Part shown: one piece after another, positions 1 through 13,600 of the stretch | Layout: the number at the start of each line of letters is the position of its first letter | Position numbering within the stretch: position 1 is the first letter of the stretch | The notes under the pieces: model-generated | What the model saw: only the letters and a program-made list of their open reading frames with translations | Database searches by the model: none | Told to the model about the DNA's origin: nothing | Program-made: the position numbers and the translations under genes | Origin: Tubiluchus corallicola | Taxonomy: Eukaryota; Animalia; Priapulida | Assembly: GCA_030141605.1 (NCBI GenBank) | Contig: JAQGDQ010002386.1 | Location: forward strand, 124,001 to 188,000 | DNA length: 64,000 nucleotides | Direction: 5' to 3'

Positions 1-290
1 ACACCAAATCCAACACATCACAGTGATTATGATGATGACATTGATGACCACCCACCACAATATACCACACCCACCGTCGAGACCACACTACACCACAAGA
101 CCACACCATGCCACAACAACCACACCACACCACCCACGCCAAAATACCCATACCATGCCACACCACCACACCACACAACACTATCCGCAGCACGCTCACC
201 ACACTCACCACATCACATGGTGATCATGATGATGATGACGACAACGATGACGACACTACAGCACCAACACCAACAAACAGCATCACAACA
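1..290. repeat. CCACA/CAC-rich low-complexity repeat with a GAT/GAC stretch
   Basis: Runs of ccacac/caccac and gatgatgac; the His/Thr/Pro-rich ORFs here are compositional by-products. A loosely similar sequence occurs in reverse orientation at ~60730-60900. Confidence 0.7.
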
Positions 291-531
291 AAACCATTTA
301 AAACATTTTGCACAAAGTCAAAACGGTGTGCTGTAATAAATGCTCTTAGTCTGTCTACCAATAATCAGTAATGCACGGATGTTCTATTTAGTTTTGCTTA
401 TTGCTTCTCAAATGATGATAAGCTAACAGAATATACTTACATGTAAAATCTATAACCCTGTAGAACGACTGGTGAAGACAATGCCTGGAGCAGCTCATAA
501 TTTCTCAAACTCTAAGACAGTGAATGTTCTA

Positions 532-1074
532 AATAGCAGGCAGCACAGGGGGTAGAACAAGAACTTCAAAATACACCCCTCCTATTTCGTCCAGTTTACA
601 TCTCCCCTAGTGAAACCTCCAGCACCTTGTAGACTGTTTTGTTCTCTTTCTGCGAGTGTGCATATTTTTTCCCAACGTGTCCAAACAGTTGCACGAATCC
701 AGTTTTTCTTGAGGCTGTTTGTGCAGTTTTCTGCAAAATTTGAATGGTTGAGTCCGGGAAAACACCCGTTACGAGACTTTATAGCCATCTCGCGAATTCT
801 AAATATGCCTATAACACTCACCGTTGAACGGGCTATCTAACTATTACCAGCAACACCCCCGGCCCAGTTCCGATTTCTAGAAATAAGAGGTATAAATTTG
901 CAAAAATGAGCAAAAAGGGCCATTTTTGAAGGCTTAGCCCTCCTCCACCCATTCCTCCCGATGTGTCCGATTAGAAAAAATAAACACCCGGGTGCTAACC
1001 TGTGGATGGAGACCTTCCGTTTGACGTATAGATCACTGAAAATGGTGCCATCATCGGAGATGTAGCCTCTTCGG

Positions 1075-1120
<46 letters not shown>

Positions 1121-1143
1121 GCCACCGAAATTAATATATCAGA
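532..1143. mobile_element. Possible non-autonomous Helitron/Helentron-like (HINE-type) element ending in a (TA)n tract
   Basis: GC-richer non-coding block with a subterminal microsatellite and an ...atatatcagat end, an architecture resembling HINE/Lep1-type elements. Family assignment is by resemblance only. Confidence 0.3.
1076..1115. repeat. (TA)n microsatellite
   Basis: Perfect TA dinucleotide run. Confidence 0.95.
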
Positions 1144-1308
1144 TGAAATAGGCAGAAAGAAGGCTTTAAATTGTATAAATTGGCCTCAAGCAACTCTCGG
1201 TATGTTATTAAAGATTCAGTAGCTTCTGTTAGTTCATTAGCAAGCATTTACCAATGTGAACACATTTCCATTTTTTGTGTGATGGCTGAAGTGTCTTTGT
1301 TTTTACAG

Positions 1309-1427
1309 GCATGGTTAAAGCCACACCTGCTAGGTAATGATTTCTGTCATCTGGAGTTTCAACGCCGTCTAACTCGTGAGGACGTCGGACGGCAAGTTCT
1401 GTACAGGGATCAGAATATGACAGGATG
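1309..1427 (+). CDS. PPM1H: PPM1H-like exon
   Basis: ttttacag|GCA...TG|gtaagc; AWLKPHLLGNDFCHLEFQRRLTREDVGRQVLYRDQNMTG(W). Confidence 0.92.
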
Positions 1428-3215
1428 GTAAGCCAAAATTTTATAACGAGTTTTCCCAACTTGAAAATGGCATTTAATATCATGTTGTGGCAGACTGGCA
1501 GCTGCACTGTCTTATTCTGTCACAGTATGTGTATGTTCTCTTTGTTAGGCAGATATAAACTGTTTCATTTATAGCTCCTTTTTATTTATCAAAGTTATTA
1601 AATTTCCATTTTCTTTTTCCATTCTCTTTGTCATTAGTCAAGCTGATCATTAAGTTTGAAAAATTCGTTTCTTAAGGCTAGTTAAATGAAGTTTCTGCTT
1701 TTGTCAACGTTTGTACATCTTGTGCATATTGTAGCACCATAATCAGAAGTGTATGTATGAAAATTACTCAAATTGTAAATGGGCTTCATAATTTTAGTAC
1801 TTTTCTACGATTTGACACCTTAGTAACAGCTCTCATATCGTAGGCCTTTGTTGTTGGTTGTAGCTGGACTGGTACCTAACTCTTTTTCAACAATAATATG
1901 AATTGAAGTACTGGCCTGGCAGAGGTGTCTTAGCAATGTTTGCATTAATGTTTTTCCTTAATGCGATAAATAGCTCAAGGCAGAATGGTAGATTAAACCA
2001 CACAGAAATGATGAAGAAGTGGCCACCCATCCAGTTAGCAGCCAAACCAGTCATTGTCTAATTTCGGTTGATGAGTATACACCATGATGTCTCAGCTGTT
2101 CCTTCACCTCACCAAACTGTTTTATTTTGCATAACTTCATTTTGTGGGATAAATATCATTTTGGTTGCTGAAAGTTTAAAAAAGATATTAAGTTTTATAA
2201 CATTAAAAGAAAAGAGAAAAATTTCACTGTATCATGGGTGGCATAACTGAATAAATGCAGCTATCCTGTACTATTCTTGTACTATAATTCTCTTAGGACT
2301 GGAAAGCTGTAAAATTCATTTAAATAAGGCAGTTATTCATTTAAACAAGACATGAAAATGATCTGAGATCAAACAGTTTTAATATATCATAATTGATCAT
2401 GTCTGCTGCTAGCTTATGTTTTCTTAGTTTTCCCAATTTAACTTTCCCACTTTTTATTTTTACTGGTTGTGATATCAGTAACAGCGCCTCAACAAACCCT
2501 GAAGCTAATGTTGTGTGAGTAAGGTAAAACCTTTTCCCTCGCTTTGTGGTAGTAAAGAATGCAGCATGCTTCTAATTTTGCTCCTTGGTATCACCGTGCC
2601 ATATGTTACATGTGTGCATCACGTGGCTTTGGCATTCAGTCTTGAGAGAAATCTTTAGTTTTGCTATCTGTTAATAACTTGAAGAAAGTATGTGCTTTTG
2701 TCGGCACATTGTGTGTTTTCTAGTTGCAGACTGTATATAATATTGACAAAACAATAGTGATTTTTGAGTTTTTGACCAAAAAAATGCTATCAAATTTTTC
2801 AGAAATGATTGAGTAATGTCTTTTAACAAGTGGCAACATTCTGATTTGGTTGGGCGTGTATTTGTGTGAGTGTGTCCATGACTCACTGTTATACTAGCTA
2901 CTATAAATAAGTAATGTGGCCACCATGCTTTGTTATTATATGCCAAAAAGATTAGTGACTAATTAATCAGCTTCCTGGTTGTTAGTCCAAAAGTTAGTTC
3001 ACCTGGTTAGCTAGTTAGTTGGTTAGTTGCCCACCTCATTGGTTATCTAAAAAATGACAAATCAAATAATGTCCAAATCAGACCACTAACTAAACTACAG
3101 TGCTTGTTTGACTCGCTGCCTGGCTGACTAATTGCCTGACTGACTGACTCACTGACTGAGTGATTGATTGACTGACGGAAAGGTAGGGAAACAAAAAGAG
3201 GGAGGGAGAGAGAGG

Positions 3216-3286
<71 letters not shown>

Positions 3287-6200
3287 CCTTCTTTGTAGTT
3301 CTGAGAATTATGGAAAATTAAGGAAATTAGTTCTGTCGCCAATTTGGAAGTGTTTAAAATAGTGGCAGATTGTGTTTGATTTTGTTTTCATTGGAATAAA
3401 CATGCCAGCTATTAGGTGACTTTTCGATACTACATTGATGCTCCTTGAGTTGTCATTGGTCCTTTACAGTTGTAATTCAGACATGTCATCTTTACATTTT
3501 TGTACATTTTGTTAACAATGCAAAATTAGTTTACTTTTATTTACTACCATCCTTTTGTAACATAACTGATGCAGTAAAGGTCAAGTAAATTGCTTTACCT
3601 CCAGTCTGTTATTTTCATATATCATGTGGGCATTTTTCCTAGTTAATTTTTTATTTTGCAGGGCTTACAAGATGGTTGCTATTGAAGACACAAAATTTCC
3701 ACTTATTGCTGACAAAGGCAAAAAGGTAAGTTTACAAATATGCAATGTATGAATTGTCACTATGCCACTTTGAGCTGACTGCACACTTTCTCTAATAATG
3801 TGAGCAGTTCGTATTTGTTTAAATGAGTGACATTATAAAATTGTAAGCAAGCCTTGAAAAAATTCTTAAATTGATAACACAACAAGCTTTAAATACCTTT
3901 TTCCTCCTTATCAGTTAGATAAAATTCTGTGGCATTTCAATCCGTATGTGACATTAATACGCTAATCCTCTTTCATTAGGCACCCAAAATTTATTTTATT
4001 TTGAGCATCAGTTAATTTAATAAAATCTAAACACAATTTGTCTGCAAATGTCTTAACATGTGCGCTTACTGACATGATTCCATTATTCAGGTGACTAGTA
4101 GAAAGTTTCTAATCAAGTGACTTAGTTGCTTACATATGTCAGAACAAAACAATACTGGTCAATGTTAGGACATGTCTCTTAGCATACAAGCCTTTTAACT
4201 CAACCAATTGCACTTCAGAAATGTTCAACTTGGAAGTGTTTAAAAGTCAAATCTCTTTAGAAAAAAGAGCTTACTGTAACTTGAAATTTGACCCTAACTT
4301 TATTAACTTTTGTGGCTTCCTTCCTAGTGAAATCAGGCCTTGAAGTTGCATTTTTCCACAAATATTTTGTTTGGATTTGCTCGTGAAACTTTGGAAAATC
4401 GCAGGCTAAACTAATGTGTTAGCAATGGCTTCCTTGGATACTGCATCGTTTCTGTGATGCTAAATTTGTAAACATTGCTACACAGCGAAATTGACACGTG
4501 ATAACCAAATCAGCTGCGCTGACATCATCTAAAAAGCAAAATGCGTGAAATTAAGGCCCTGACTTTCTTCGGAAATGACACATTCGCACCCGATCTCCTC
4601 TTGTATAAATCACGAAGAAAAAGTTAAGGGTATCAGAAAATCTTAGAGCAGAGCATTTTCTTTCTGTTTTTGTGTAAAACTGAAACTTCATAAAGTACGA
4701 TGTATTTGACCTTTAAGCAGTATTTTACTACTTATAAACCATTTACCACTTATAACACATACCAGTATTAAGACAGTGTTGTTTTAAGGCAACTTTCTCA
4801 ACACATTATCATTAGTATGAGTTGTTGCATTTGATTAATTGTGCATATTTCTTCACAGGCTCGTGTGCTAGCCACTATTGGACCAACACGAGGTCTAGGA
4901 GATCACGATTTGCGTGTTTTTGATACTAACTTGTATGTAAAACCATTTCTGTCTTCAGTACCTGAGGTAAGTTTATGATGACTTGTTATGTTTATATTGT
5001 ACCTTTTGCATGCCTGACACATTACAAGGTGACACCTGAGATTGTTAGCTTCAGATCAAAGTTCGATTTGTAAGCTTAGCTGGTCTTTAGTTTGTAAGCT
5101 GACAGGAACAAATCCTTTTTTCTAAGACGTTGGTATTGCAGTGTTTTAAAAACTACACGAATATAGAAAGAAGTTTCACTAATGTGAAAATGACTTATCA
5201 CTAAGAACTAGTACAATTCATACAAAAATCCCATAATAAGCAAATGAAAGATACATAGTACCAGCTTACGTCTCGGTGAGCTATCTTAATGTAGGTGAAA
5301 GAATGTAAAATCAAAAAGTATCACTATCCATTTAGCATCCATTATTGAAAATATCAAGAAAACACAGATTATAGATGGATGCATGGATCAAGAAATGAAA
5401 AGTCCTAATTTTGTTTTAAGAACAAAATGGATATTTTGCAACCCTTTACTCACACTGAAAAAGCAACCTATATCCAAAATATCCATATTGAAAATATCAA
5501 CTAAATCCAAATATTTTTCAACATATTTTTCATTATCTTATTTGTGGGATTTGTTTATTAATTAAAATCCCTGAGCTTTTAGTGTCGACCAGTAGCAAAT
5601 ACTCATATTGGAAGTAACATGAATTACCATGATTAAATCTTGTTATGTCTATTTAGGTAGAAGTAATTGACCTTTCCACAGAGGAGTATGGTCCTGATGA
5701 TGTAGTAATTCTTGCCTCTGATGGATTATGGGATGTGACGAGCAATGAGACGGCAGCAGAAATTGTCATGTCGACACTCTCAAAATTTTCATTTAATGAA
5801 CTCAGCAGGTAAACAAGAAAACATCATTTGTTTTTTTGTGATTTATATTTGCTGCTTTCAACTTTAACATAAAATTACACTCTAAAATGGTTAATGGTAC
5901 ATGTTTACTTACATGCTAATTTTGGTAATCAAATATTAGATGAGCTGCATCTTGAGCAACAAAATTTTATTGAGAAAAGTTTTTTGTTCTATAAAGTATC
6001 TTTGTTAGCTTCATTATATTAGTGTCAAAATTATTAAGTTGATGTTTAATATAATGCCAGCACTAAAAGTACTATGATGTGGATGAAGTAATACCATGTT
6101 TTTTTAGTTAAAGTAAAATACTTGCAGAAATATCTCTTTTGTTCTGTTCGTTATTGAAATATATCTAATTTGTTTTTTGTGATTCTCACCTAATAAGAGT

Positions 6201-9200
6201 TTAATCCTGTAAACACAGGAAAGCAATATTAAATTAGAGTCTGAAAAACTGTGCATTTCCACTGGGATGCAAACACAAGACCTGCTTTATAGGCAGCTAT
6301 GCTAATCATTACACTACAGTGGTACCCGACTTTTCAGACTGGGAAATTTACTCTACTAGTCACTAGAGGACTAACAGCAGGAATCACAGTCCACACTTGT
6401 ATTAAAACGTAATATAACATATTGTAACAATATGTAGTTTGAAAATTTTCACTATCTGCATATTTCCCATCTCAGGTATACATCGGCTGCTCAGGATTTA
6501 GCTATGCATGCTCGAGGTCTGCTACAAGAAAAATCCAACTGGAAGACGCGGGATGACAAACCAGCTTCAGGTGATGACATCACAGTGTTTATAGTTCCAC
6601 TGAGCTTTCACAAAGAACCGGCAAAAACCACCGTACCAACAAGTGCCTCTGTACTTTCTAAGTAAGTTGGACTTTATGAGGACTATGGTAGAGCCTTTTT
6701 CTTCTTGTGTTTACGTCGTTCATGCACTTTCAGCTTAGGGCTACTTTATTTGAATTTACTGTCAAACAGTCAACTGATAAGACACACATCTGCAAGAACT
6801 GAACTGTGTTAATACAGGCTATGCTGTCTTCAGACAAGCTTTATGCCCAGTTGACTTGTGCACAAATAAACATTCTCGTTTTACAATAACTAATTAGAAA
6901 TGAAGCAGTCAAAAATACGAAACCTAATGCAATGATGTTCTTCATCAATTTCCAAAAACAAATCTAATTTGAGTCTCACATCTCTAGTCTTCAAGATCGA
7001 TTTGAATCTAAATTTTTAATTCATCTAATTTTCAAAATTTGCTGAATTTGAATCTTGTTAGATGTGGAATTTGAATCATAAGAATTTCATATAAATAACA
7101 GTTTTAAACAGACTGTTCAAAAGACTGTTGAAAAAATTATGTAAAAATCATTGACATTACAATTTCTTCTGCAATGATTACTCCTGGATGAGTTACAAAA
7201 CAGTCTGACATCAATCCAAACTGAACTGTTGTCTTGAAAATTTTCTTCACTCCTAGTAGTCTTACTACAGCATCACCAGCATTTTTATGACAGTATTTCC
7301 TAAAATCGAGCTAATAACTCATTTTTCCTATCTACATCACAAATGTGTTACTAGAATAGTGGGTTATATATTACAGTAAGTGCTCACTTAAAGACACTAA
7401 TGCATGCCAGCAAAACACGATGTTAAGGGGAACATCATTATATGAAACAATGCATTCCATAGAAAACAACGTAAAAGCTTTCAGTTGTGTTCCTCACCCA
7501 AAGTTCAATAATGCTTGGTTTAGCAAGAGCGGTCACTAAGTTGCATTGCAGGACAAAAAATCAATAATGCTTAGCTATGTAAAGCTTTCATTTGCTTTGC
7601 CCAACAAAAATCAATAGTACTTCGGCATAAATCAAACACTTCATGGATTTTATCCTTTATTACTGACAATTTTTAACTAAAAGTTAAATTGTTAAAGTTA
7701 AAGAGAGAACTGAAGTTTGCAGTGAAAATTCAATCTTTCATGCATGCATCTTACTCTGATTGATCCCCTTATGCTATTTGTTCCTCCTTTTTTCATATCA
7801 TGCATAGTCTCCATGTTTTTTCTGTTAAAGCTTTTTTTCAACACTGTAAGGCATTAGCAACACAATGTCTCACTTCTGAGCTTCGCTCTGTTTCTGGATT
7901 ATTTTCTCAAAAAAATTTCAAATCCAGCACCATACCGTGTTTTAAAAGCTTCTTGCAGATGTCTAACTCTAGCCATTTTTGTTTTGCACTCCTGAGAAGT
8001 ATTTCTAGTATAGCTTTTCCAGCAACATAAATGCAAATGAGGTGAAGGTAGCTATAATTAACCAAGTAATGTAACATCAATCAGCGCTATCAATTAGCGA
8101 GTAATCAGCAAGGAGTCAACGATGCCTGCTAGGTAGGGCAAATTGTCGAATTGTACTAAGGTGGTTTCTGTTAATAGGGCTTCTCTGTGAAATGCGAGTG
8201 CAGTAACTAAAATTTCAGTGCTTGAAGGCCAAAAAATTGTCGTTAAGATGAAATGTTCGTCGTTGAGTAATAAAAGTTGTCAAAAGGTCAGCTTCGTTAA
8301 ACAAAAAGTCGCTAGGTGAGGTGTCATCAGGCAAGGACTTACTGTATCTAATATTTGAAATAATTGAGAATCTGCATATTATTTGCAGAATAGTATAGTA
8401 TGCTATGTTTTAGGTCTAGTTCTGGTGTACCAAAGGACTGGATGTCTCCCGTTATGGCAGCTATTGAAAGTGAGGAGGGTCTGTATGCATCGGGTGACTC
8501 AGGGATTGCTGAAAATGATGACTTTAATCCTGCTGAATATCGAGAAAATTTTCAAAATCGCCTACAGAATGATGATAGTCTTCTTGACTACAGCTTGCGT
8601 AAAACATTGGGCGCAACTTCAGAGACTTCCAATAACTCAGAAACGGATATTAATGCCCGCACACCAGAAAGTACCGACCTTGGAGTTGCCTCAGATGTTG
8701 GCGCAGAAGAAGCATGGCATGATTTCGAGGATGGATTGTCAGAATCAAAGGGACCTGACTCATTTGAGATTGCTTTTCGATTACGCAATGCTTCTATGGT
8801 GGCTTCACTACAGGAAGATCAAATTACCAAGGACATTTTGTCTTCAGGAACTGAAACTAGAGGTGCTCTAAATACTAATGAGGAAAAAGGATTTAATTGT
8901 GAAACTAGCCAAAAATTAGAGTTTGACATAAGCAATGAAGCCAGTGAGAAGGCACATTCTGGTGCAAGCCAAGAAGCGTGTGACAAACTAGAATGTGGCA
9001 TGACTGATGGAGACACGGAGAAATCACAACATGGTGTAAGTGAAAAAACTCCTTATGATGAAACCAGTAAACAATCAGGCAACGATGTGAGTAAAGAAGC
9101 CAGTGAAAAGCTTGATTATGATGTGAACAGGGAAGCCAGTGAAAAGCCTGATTGTGATGTAAGCAAAGAAGCCATTGAAGAACCTGTTCATGATGTAAGC

Positions 9201-9311
9201 AAAAAAGCCAGTGAAAATCCTGATATTGATGTAATCAACAAAGCCAGCAAGAAAACAAATTTTGAAGAGCTAGAACATAGTGATTCAGATTTGGAAGAAG
9301 GTTATGTGTAA
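1309..9311 (+). CDS. PPM1H: PP2C-family phosphatase PPM1H/J-like gene, 3' part (5' exons lie outside the window)
   Basis: Exons 1309-1427, 3662-3725, 4859-4966, 5657-5808, 6476-6661/6665 and 8414-9311 have AG/GT boundaries and compatible phases. Translation matches PPM1H motifs (HLLGNDFCHLEF, ARVLATIGPTRGLGDHDL, ILASDGLWDV, SGDDITVFIVPL). Confidence 0.9.
2020..2085 (-). mobile_element. Degenerate 5S rRNA-derived SINE head
   Basis: Minus strand reads ccgaaattagacaatgactggtttggctgctaactggatgggtggccac, which aligns to the 5S internal control region (gaagctaagcag...ggatgggagacc). Confidence 0.4.
3197..3286. repeat. (GA)n microsatellite
   Basis: Long AG dinucleotide run; explains the SL- and ER-repeat ORFs. 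Confidence 0.95.
3662..3725 (+). CDS. PPM1H: PPM1H-like exon
   Basis: ttttgcag|G...AAG|gtaagt; AYKMVAIEDTKFPLIADKGKK. Confidence 0.9.
4859..4966 (+). CDS. PPM1H: PPM1H-like exon
   Basis: cacag|GCT...GAG|gtaagt; ARVLATIGPTRGLGDHDLRVFDTNLYVKPFLSSVPE. Confidence 0.93.
5657..5808 (+). CDS. PPM1H: PPM1H-like exon with the metal-binding DGLWD motif
   Basis: tttag|GTA...AG|gtaaac; VEVIDLSTEEYGPDDVVILASDGLWDVTSNETAAEIV... Confidence 0.93.
6255..6325 (-). mobile_element. tRNA-derived SINE head or decayed tRNA-like sequence
   Basis: Minus strand shows an A-box-like tgtagtgtaatgatt and a B-box-like gtttgcatccc at tRNA spacing; no intact cloverleaf. Confidence 0.35.
6476..6665 (+). CDS. PPM1H: PPM1H-like exon ending the PP2C domain (stop TAA 6663-6665, or donor after 6661)
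   Basis: ctcag|G TAT...; YTSAAQDLAMHARGLL...SGDDITVFIVPL...SK*; the stop lies inside AA|GTAAGT; AATAAA at 6865-6870. Confidence 0.9.
7374..8344 (-). mobile_element. Tigger/pogo-like (Tc1-mariner) non-autonomous DNA transposon
   Basis: TA|cagtaagt...acttactg|TA terminal inverted repeats with a TA duplication. A minus-strand remnant, NPETERSSEVRHCVANALQC, resembles a Tigger transposase C-terminus. A related right end occurs at ~46860-46955. Confidence 0.6.
8414..9311 (+). CDS. Acidic low-complexity terminal exon (298 aa), probably an alternative C-terminus of the PPM1H-like protein
   Basis: Long open frame in AT-rich DNA. Acceptor tatgttttag|G is phase-2 compatible with the AA|gtaagt donor at 6661. 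D/E/S-rich with 12-aa repeats. Confidence 0.7.
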
Positions 9312-9907
9312 AGGTTTAGAAGGAATATTAAAAGATTTTAATACTTAAAATGTAAGCAATTTGGCCTGATTTTCCCCCTAATGCAAAACGAATGCTGCTT
9401 GACTTTGTCATCTATAATTACTACGTATAATTATTGATATGTATTTGATGTACTGTAGCAGTCATAATCCTCTTTTTCCAAATCCTTATAAATAACCTGT
9501 ACAAACTTTTGTGTTTCAATAATGACTCAGTTTGCTTTTTTAACTAATTTTTCTCATTGATGCAGAATCAAAATGTACGTTAATTTATTTTTTCATATGT
9601 ATATATATATATGTATTCTATATTATATTATATTTTATTATATTATGTTATAGTATATTATATTATCGTGTTTAGTTTCTTCACTTGTAAAAGTTTTGTC
9701 TTAGCAGTGACCCCCACCTGTAATTTAAATTTTTTATTGTAACCTTTTTTCTGTAAATATTAAAATAATTGCCCTGTCATGTTCTTTTTGAGTGAATTAA
9801 CATGCTTGCAAGATGTTTCATCGATGTATGCATGCAGCATTGTTAGTTGCAACATAATGTCTTGCCATAGTCTGTAACTTTTATGCTTTAGTATGTCTAG
9901 TTGTAGT

Positions 9908-10665
9908 CAGGGATGCGAGGATCTATTAATTTCCCAATCCGCAATAAATTTGGTCCACAAAGATAAAATCTGCAGTCCACTAAAAATCCACATTTTCTTA
10001 TTAACAGCGATCCGCAAACACTCTATACTAAATTTCTTAAAATCTATGATCCGTCCTGATCCGTAAGGCTTCCGATCCGCATCCTGCTTACATGTCTATT
10101 TTAATTCACTTCCACATAATAATCTGCATGTTCAGCAAACCTTGGTTTAAATAAATAAAAATATTTTAAATCAGTGGAAATCGCACCTTGTTGCAGTGTG
10201 TCCACTGGGTGGTTCATTTTCATTGATTAATTGCAATTGTAAAAAGGAATATTAGAATATTCTTTATCTGATGTTATTGATTTCACATTAGTATTTTTAG
10301 AGCAAATAAAAGATTTTACTACTACTGCTGCTGCTGTTGCTACTAATGCTACTGCTACTAGTATAGTAGTACATTAGTTTAATGATTAATGAAGCTAATT
10401 ATTATTTTTATTTCATTGTTATTCAACTTGGTAACTTGTGATGAGTGTCAGTCTGCTATTTTCTTCCTGCAATGCTCACATTATTATCTAATGTGTATTA
10501 ACATTAATGAAAATTAAAATCCGCAAAGATCACCAAATTTTTAATCCGCATTTGGTCCGTATAATTCCTTATCTTTAATAGTAAATCCACAATCCGATCG
10601 GATCCTCAAAAAATCTTGCGAATCTTGCTGTCATCCAGTCCGCAAGATCACGTTCCGCTCATCAG
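9908..10665. mobile_element. Degenerate MITE-like element with ATCCG-rich subterminal repeats
   Basis: Begins cagggatgcg...gatc, has many atccg/gatccg motifs at both ends, and ends ccgctcatcagtg. No clear TSD. Confidence 0.35.
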
Positions 10666-13600
10666 TGGTTCTTTATTCACTTCTACGAACATAGTGCTAA
10701 CTGAGAACGGGTTTGTGCATGTCTAGAATTATTATATGCCTGTTTTACCAATGATGCTACCACTGATACTTCCATGCTTAAACACACACTTGAGTGTCCT
10801 GCCCTATCTCGCCTTCATTTGTAAAGTTCATTTGCAATATACAAGTGCAATGAATTGTTGTTGTTGCAATAAACACAATTACATATTTTGGTGCTGTCAT
10901 TAAACAATTTGAAACCTTGTATTCACTTTTATCTCAGACTTTCAGCCTCTCTGCCTTCTATGTGCCAAACACTTTAATTAATTAGATTTTATTCAAGCTT
11001 TATTAAAACAAATGAGGCAATGAGCAGTCAATGGCTTTAAAGCTGAAGTTCACCTGCATAAAGCATTTTAATTTACCTTTATTAACAATATTACATATAA
11101 GCAGATATATTTAATAGATAACAGTTTTTGAGTTATCAGTCTAATAATCTGTCTGCATGACTAATAGACCTATACAATATTAGTGCTTTATATTTGTGTG
11201 ATTGATATTTGTAATTGTTGTTCAGATGAGTAATAATCATTTTAATGATTTTATTAGCTGGGAAATTTTCTAACAAATGTTGTGGTCATTTACAGTTGGT
11301 ATATTCTATTGTAATTGTTCATTTTATTATGATAATTGATATATTATACAACAGTCATATTTTTCAAATCCAACCACTCTGCTTACTAAAATAATAATAT
11401 TGTAAATTTTCAGTTTTTTTAAATATATTTTGGTGTTTTCCTGTATCGTGTTAATAAGAACATAAAGACAAAAATTAATTACTGCTTCCAATTAACATGG
11501 AACATAGAACATTTATTGTCTCCAACGTTTGTCCACTATAACAACAGCGTTTTCAGTAAGTGTTGCTTAAATATTAGGTAATTGCAATCATGTAGCAGGC
11601 AGGGAGGGACCAAAGGGTCATCTAGTCATATTGATAGGTTTGACAAAATTAAAAATAAATTTATTATTGCTTCAATTACAACCACCTATATAAGTTAACT
11701 CGTTGATTAACTAAGTAGCCTAATTACAGTTTTCAAGTTGTAAATCTTTTTGCAGTTTGCTGACTGATACAAATTAGGATTAAGAATTACTTGAAAGTTT
11801 TTCGACATCCTTGCAGCATAAAAAATATTCACTCAGTCCTTAAATAAAGCCTACTGTAAGTGTACATAATTATATACACTTAGTCCTTGGTTTTTCAAGT
11901 AGTTAGAGTGCCGTAAAAAAGGGCAATATATTTTTTATTTTTATAAAATTAATTATTTTGTGATCGTTGCACATGTATTTTAGCCATACAAAATAATCTT
12001 TTTGCAGCGGGTAGAGGACACAAGACTACTGTGATTTCCATGAAAAGCAAAATACTTTTCGTTTTCTCCAAGAGGTGGCACGACAAGAAAAACTTTGATC
12101 ATGTTCACTTGTTTCATTAACAGGTAGCCAGTTAGCCACTAGCCAGGTAAGGAAAGTTCGTAAGCAGTACGGAATCGGTTGCGTTTGTCGAAGATTTCGG
12201 AATTTCTGTGTAAGTGTATTGTATTTTCAAGGAATTCAGAATTATAATATTTGTGACAGATCATTACTAACGACGATCAAATCTCCAAAGAATTGATAAT
12301 TGTCTGATTTGGGTTACACACCAAATGGTATTTGGGCTAAGTGGTTGGAGAAAGTTCAGCGTGATCCGGCACTGTCAGAATTTGATAAGTACTGTATGCT
12401 AATATCATCTTATTGTTTTTACTTATAATAAGTTATCATAAATTGTATTAAATGCTGATAACAATCTGATAATTAGGCTTATGCTGTTTTATTGACTGAA
12501 ATCCTGCTTAGAATGTGCACATGAGTGTCACTGTGTGATGGATATTTTTTGACTACTGCCTCTTCAGTACTTGCTATAAATTTGTTATTTTTGTGCGCCT
12601 TCTGCGCTCTTCTCCAAGACTAGTGTATTAAATTTTCGTGGTATTATCTTCAAGTTTGGGAAAACACTGCTGGATTTAGCTGAAAAGATGCCTTGGGCTA
12701 TTCAACTAATTGAAGAGGGCCCCACCAGCCGTATTCAACCTCGTTTCCCTGACTCTGAAAACAAGTAAAGGTTCAAACAAAAATTAAGCTGAGGGTAATG
12801 ATAGATGTTTAGTAAAATAACACAATTCACAGTTCTTTCTAACAGAGTTCCTCCTCAAAAGAGTACAAGATGGTATTGCTAAATGCTGTAGTGAATGCAT
12901 GAATGCCAAACGAAACACTTTGTTTTGCAAAAACTGAACTTTGCGAATATTTTAAAGCAGAAATTAGCGGAAATTAAAAAAATGAAATTATAAGTTTACT
13001 TTTATATTCTTTGAAGCCCTTGAACTTGCAAATTTTATTCCTGGGAAGTGTTACTAAAGATGATAATGACTACGTGACAGTGACAGTGTGACACTTTTAG
13101 ATTCTATTTTAAGTTTGTCATTATGTGCAGTTTGAAGAAAATTGAGAAATTTCTTACTTGGTAAACAGTCTTCAGGTGATACGTATCAGCCATAATGATC
13201 ACCTTCTGATGAGTATTCAAAATATATGTCAGAATGAGAACTACCTACTGTCAGGTTAAAATATTCAAATTTTTCACATCAGTTAAAATTAACCTTCACT
13301 GGTTAACTTGTGGGTGGGGTATTAGAAACAAGAAAGCATCCTTAGATTCCTGATTCATAGAAAGTAAAGAAAGGTGATTTCTGAAGGAAGATTCTTTTAG
13401 AGGTTGGTACATTATAACAACATGTGTAGGGCAGACTTATGAGAGTGTCAAAAATATTATACACAGACTTTGAGGCCTTAGCCTTCAGCCAGTCTAGCTT
13501 GTAGGTGAATTTACCCCTAGACGAAAACCTCAAACTGCTCGGTTAGCTGAAGAACTTAGGCCTCGTTTAAATGCAAGAAATAGTTTTATTATGTGTTACT

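Noticed and set aside
23-371. His/Thr/Asp-rich ORFs
   Set aside because: By-products of low-complexity CAC/GAT repeats.
3043-3362. SL- and ER-repeat ORFs
   Set aside because: Translations of the (GA)n microsatellite.
8383-8871. 162-aa overlapping ORF
   Set aside because: Alternative frame of the acidic exon; no recognisable motif and not phase-compatible with the upstream donor.
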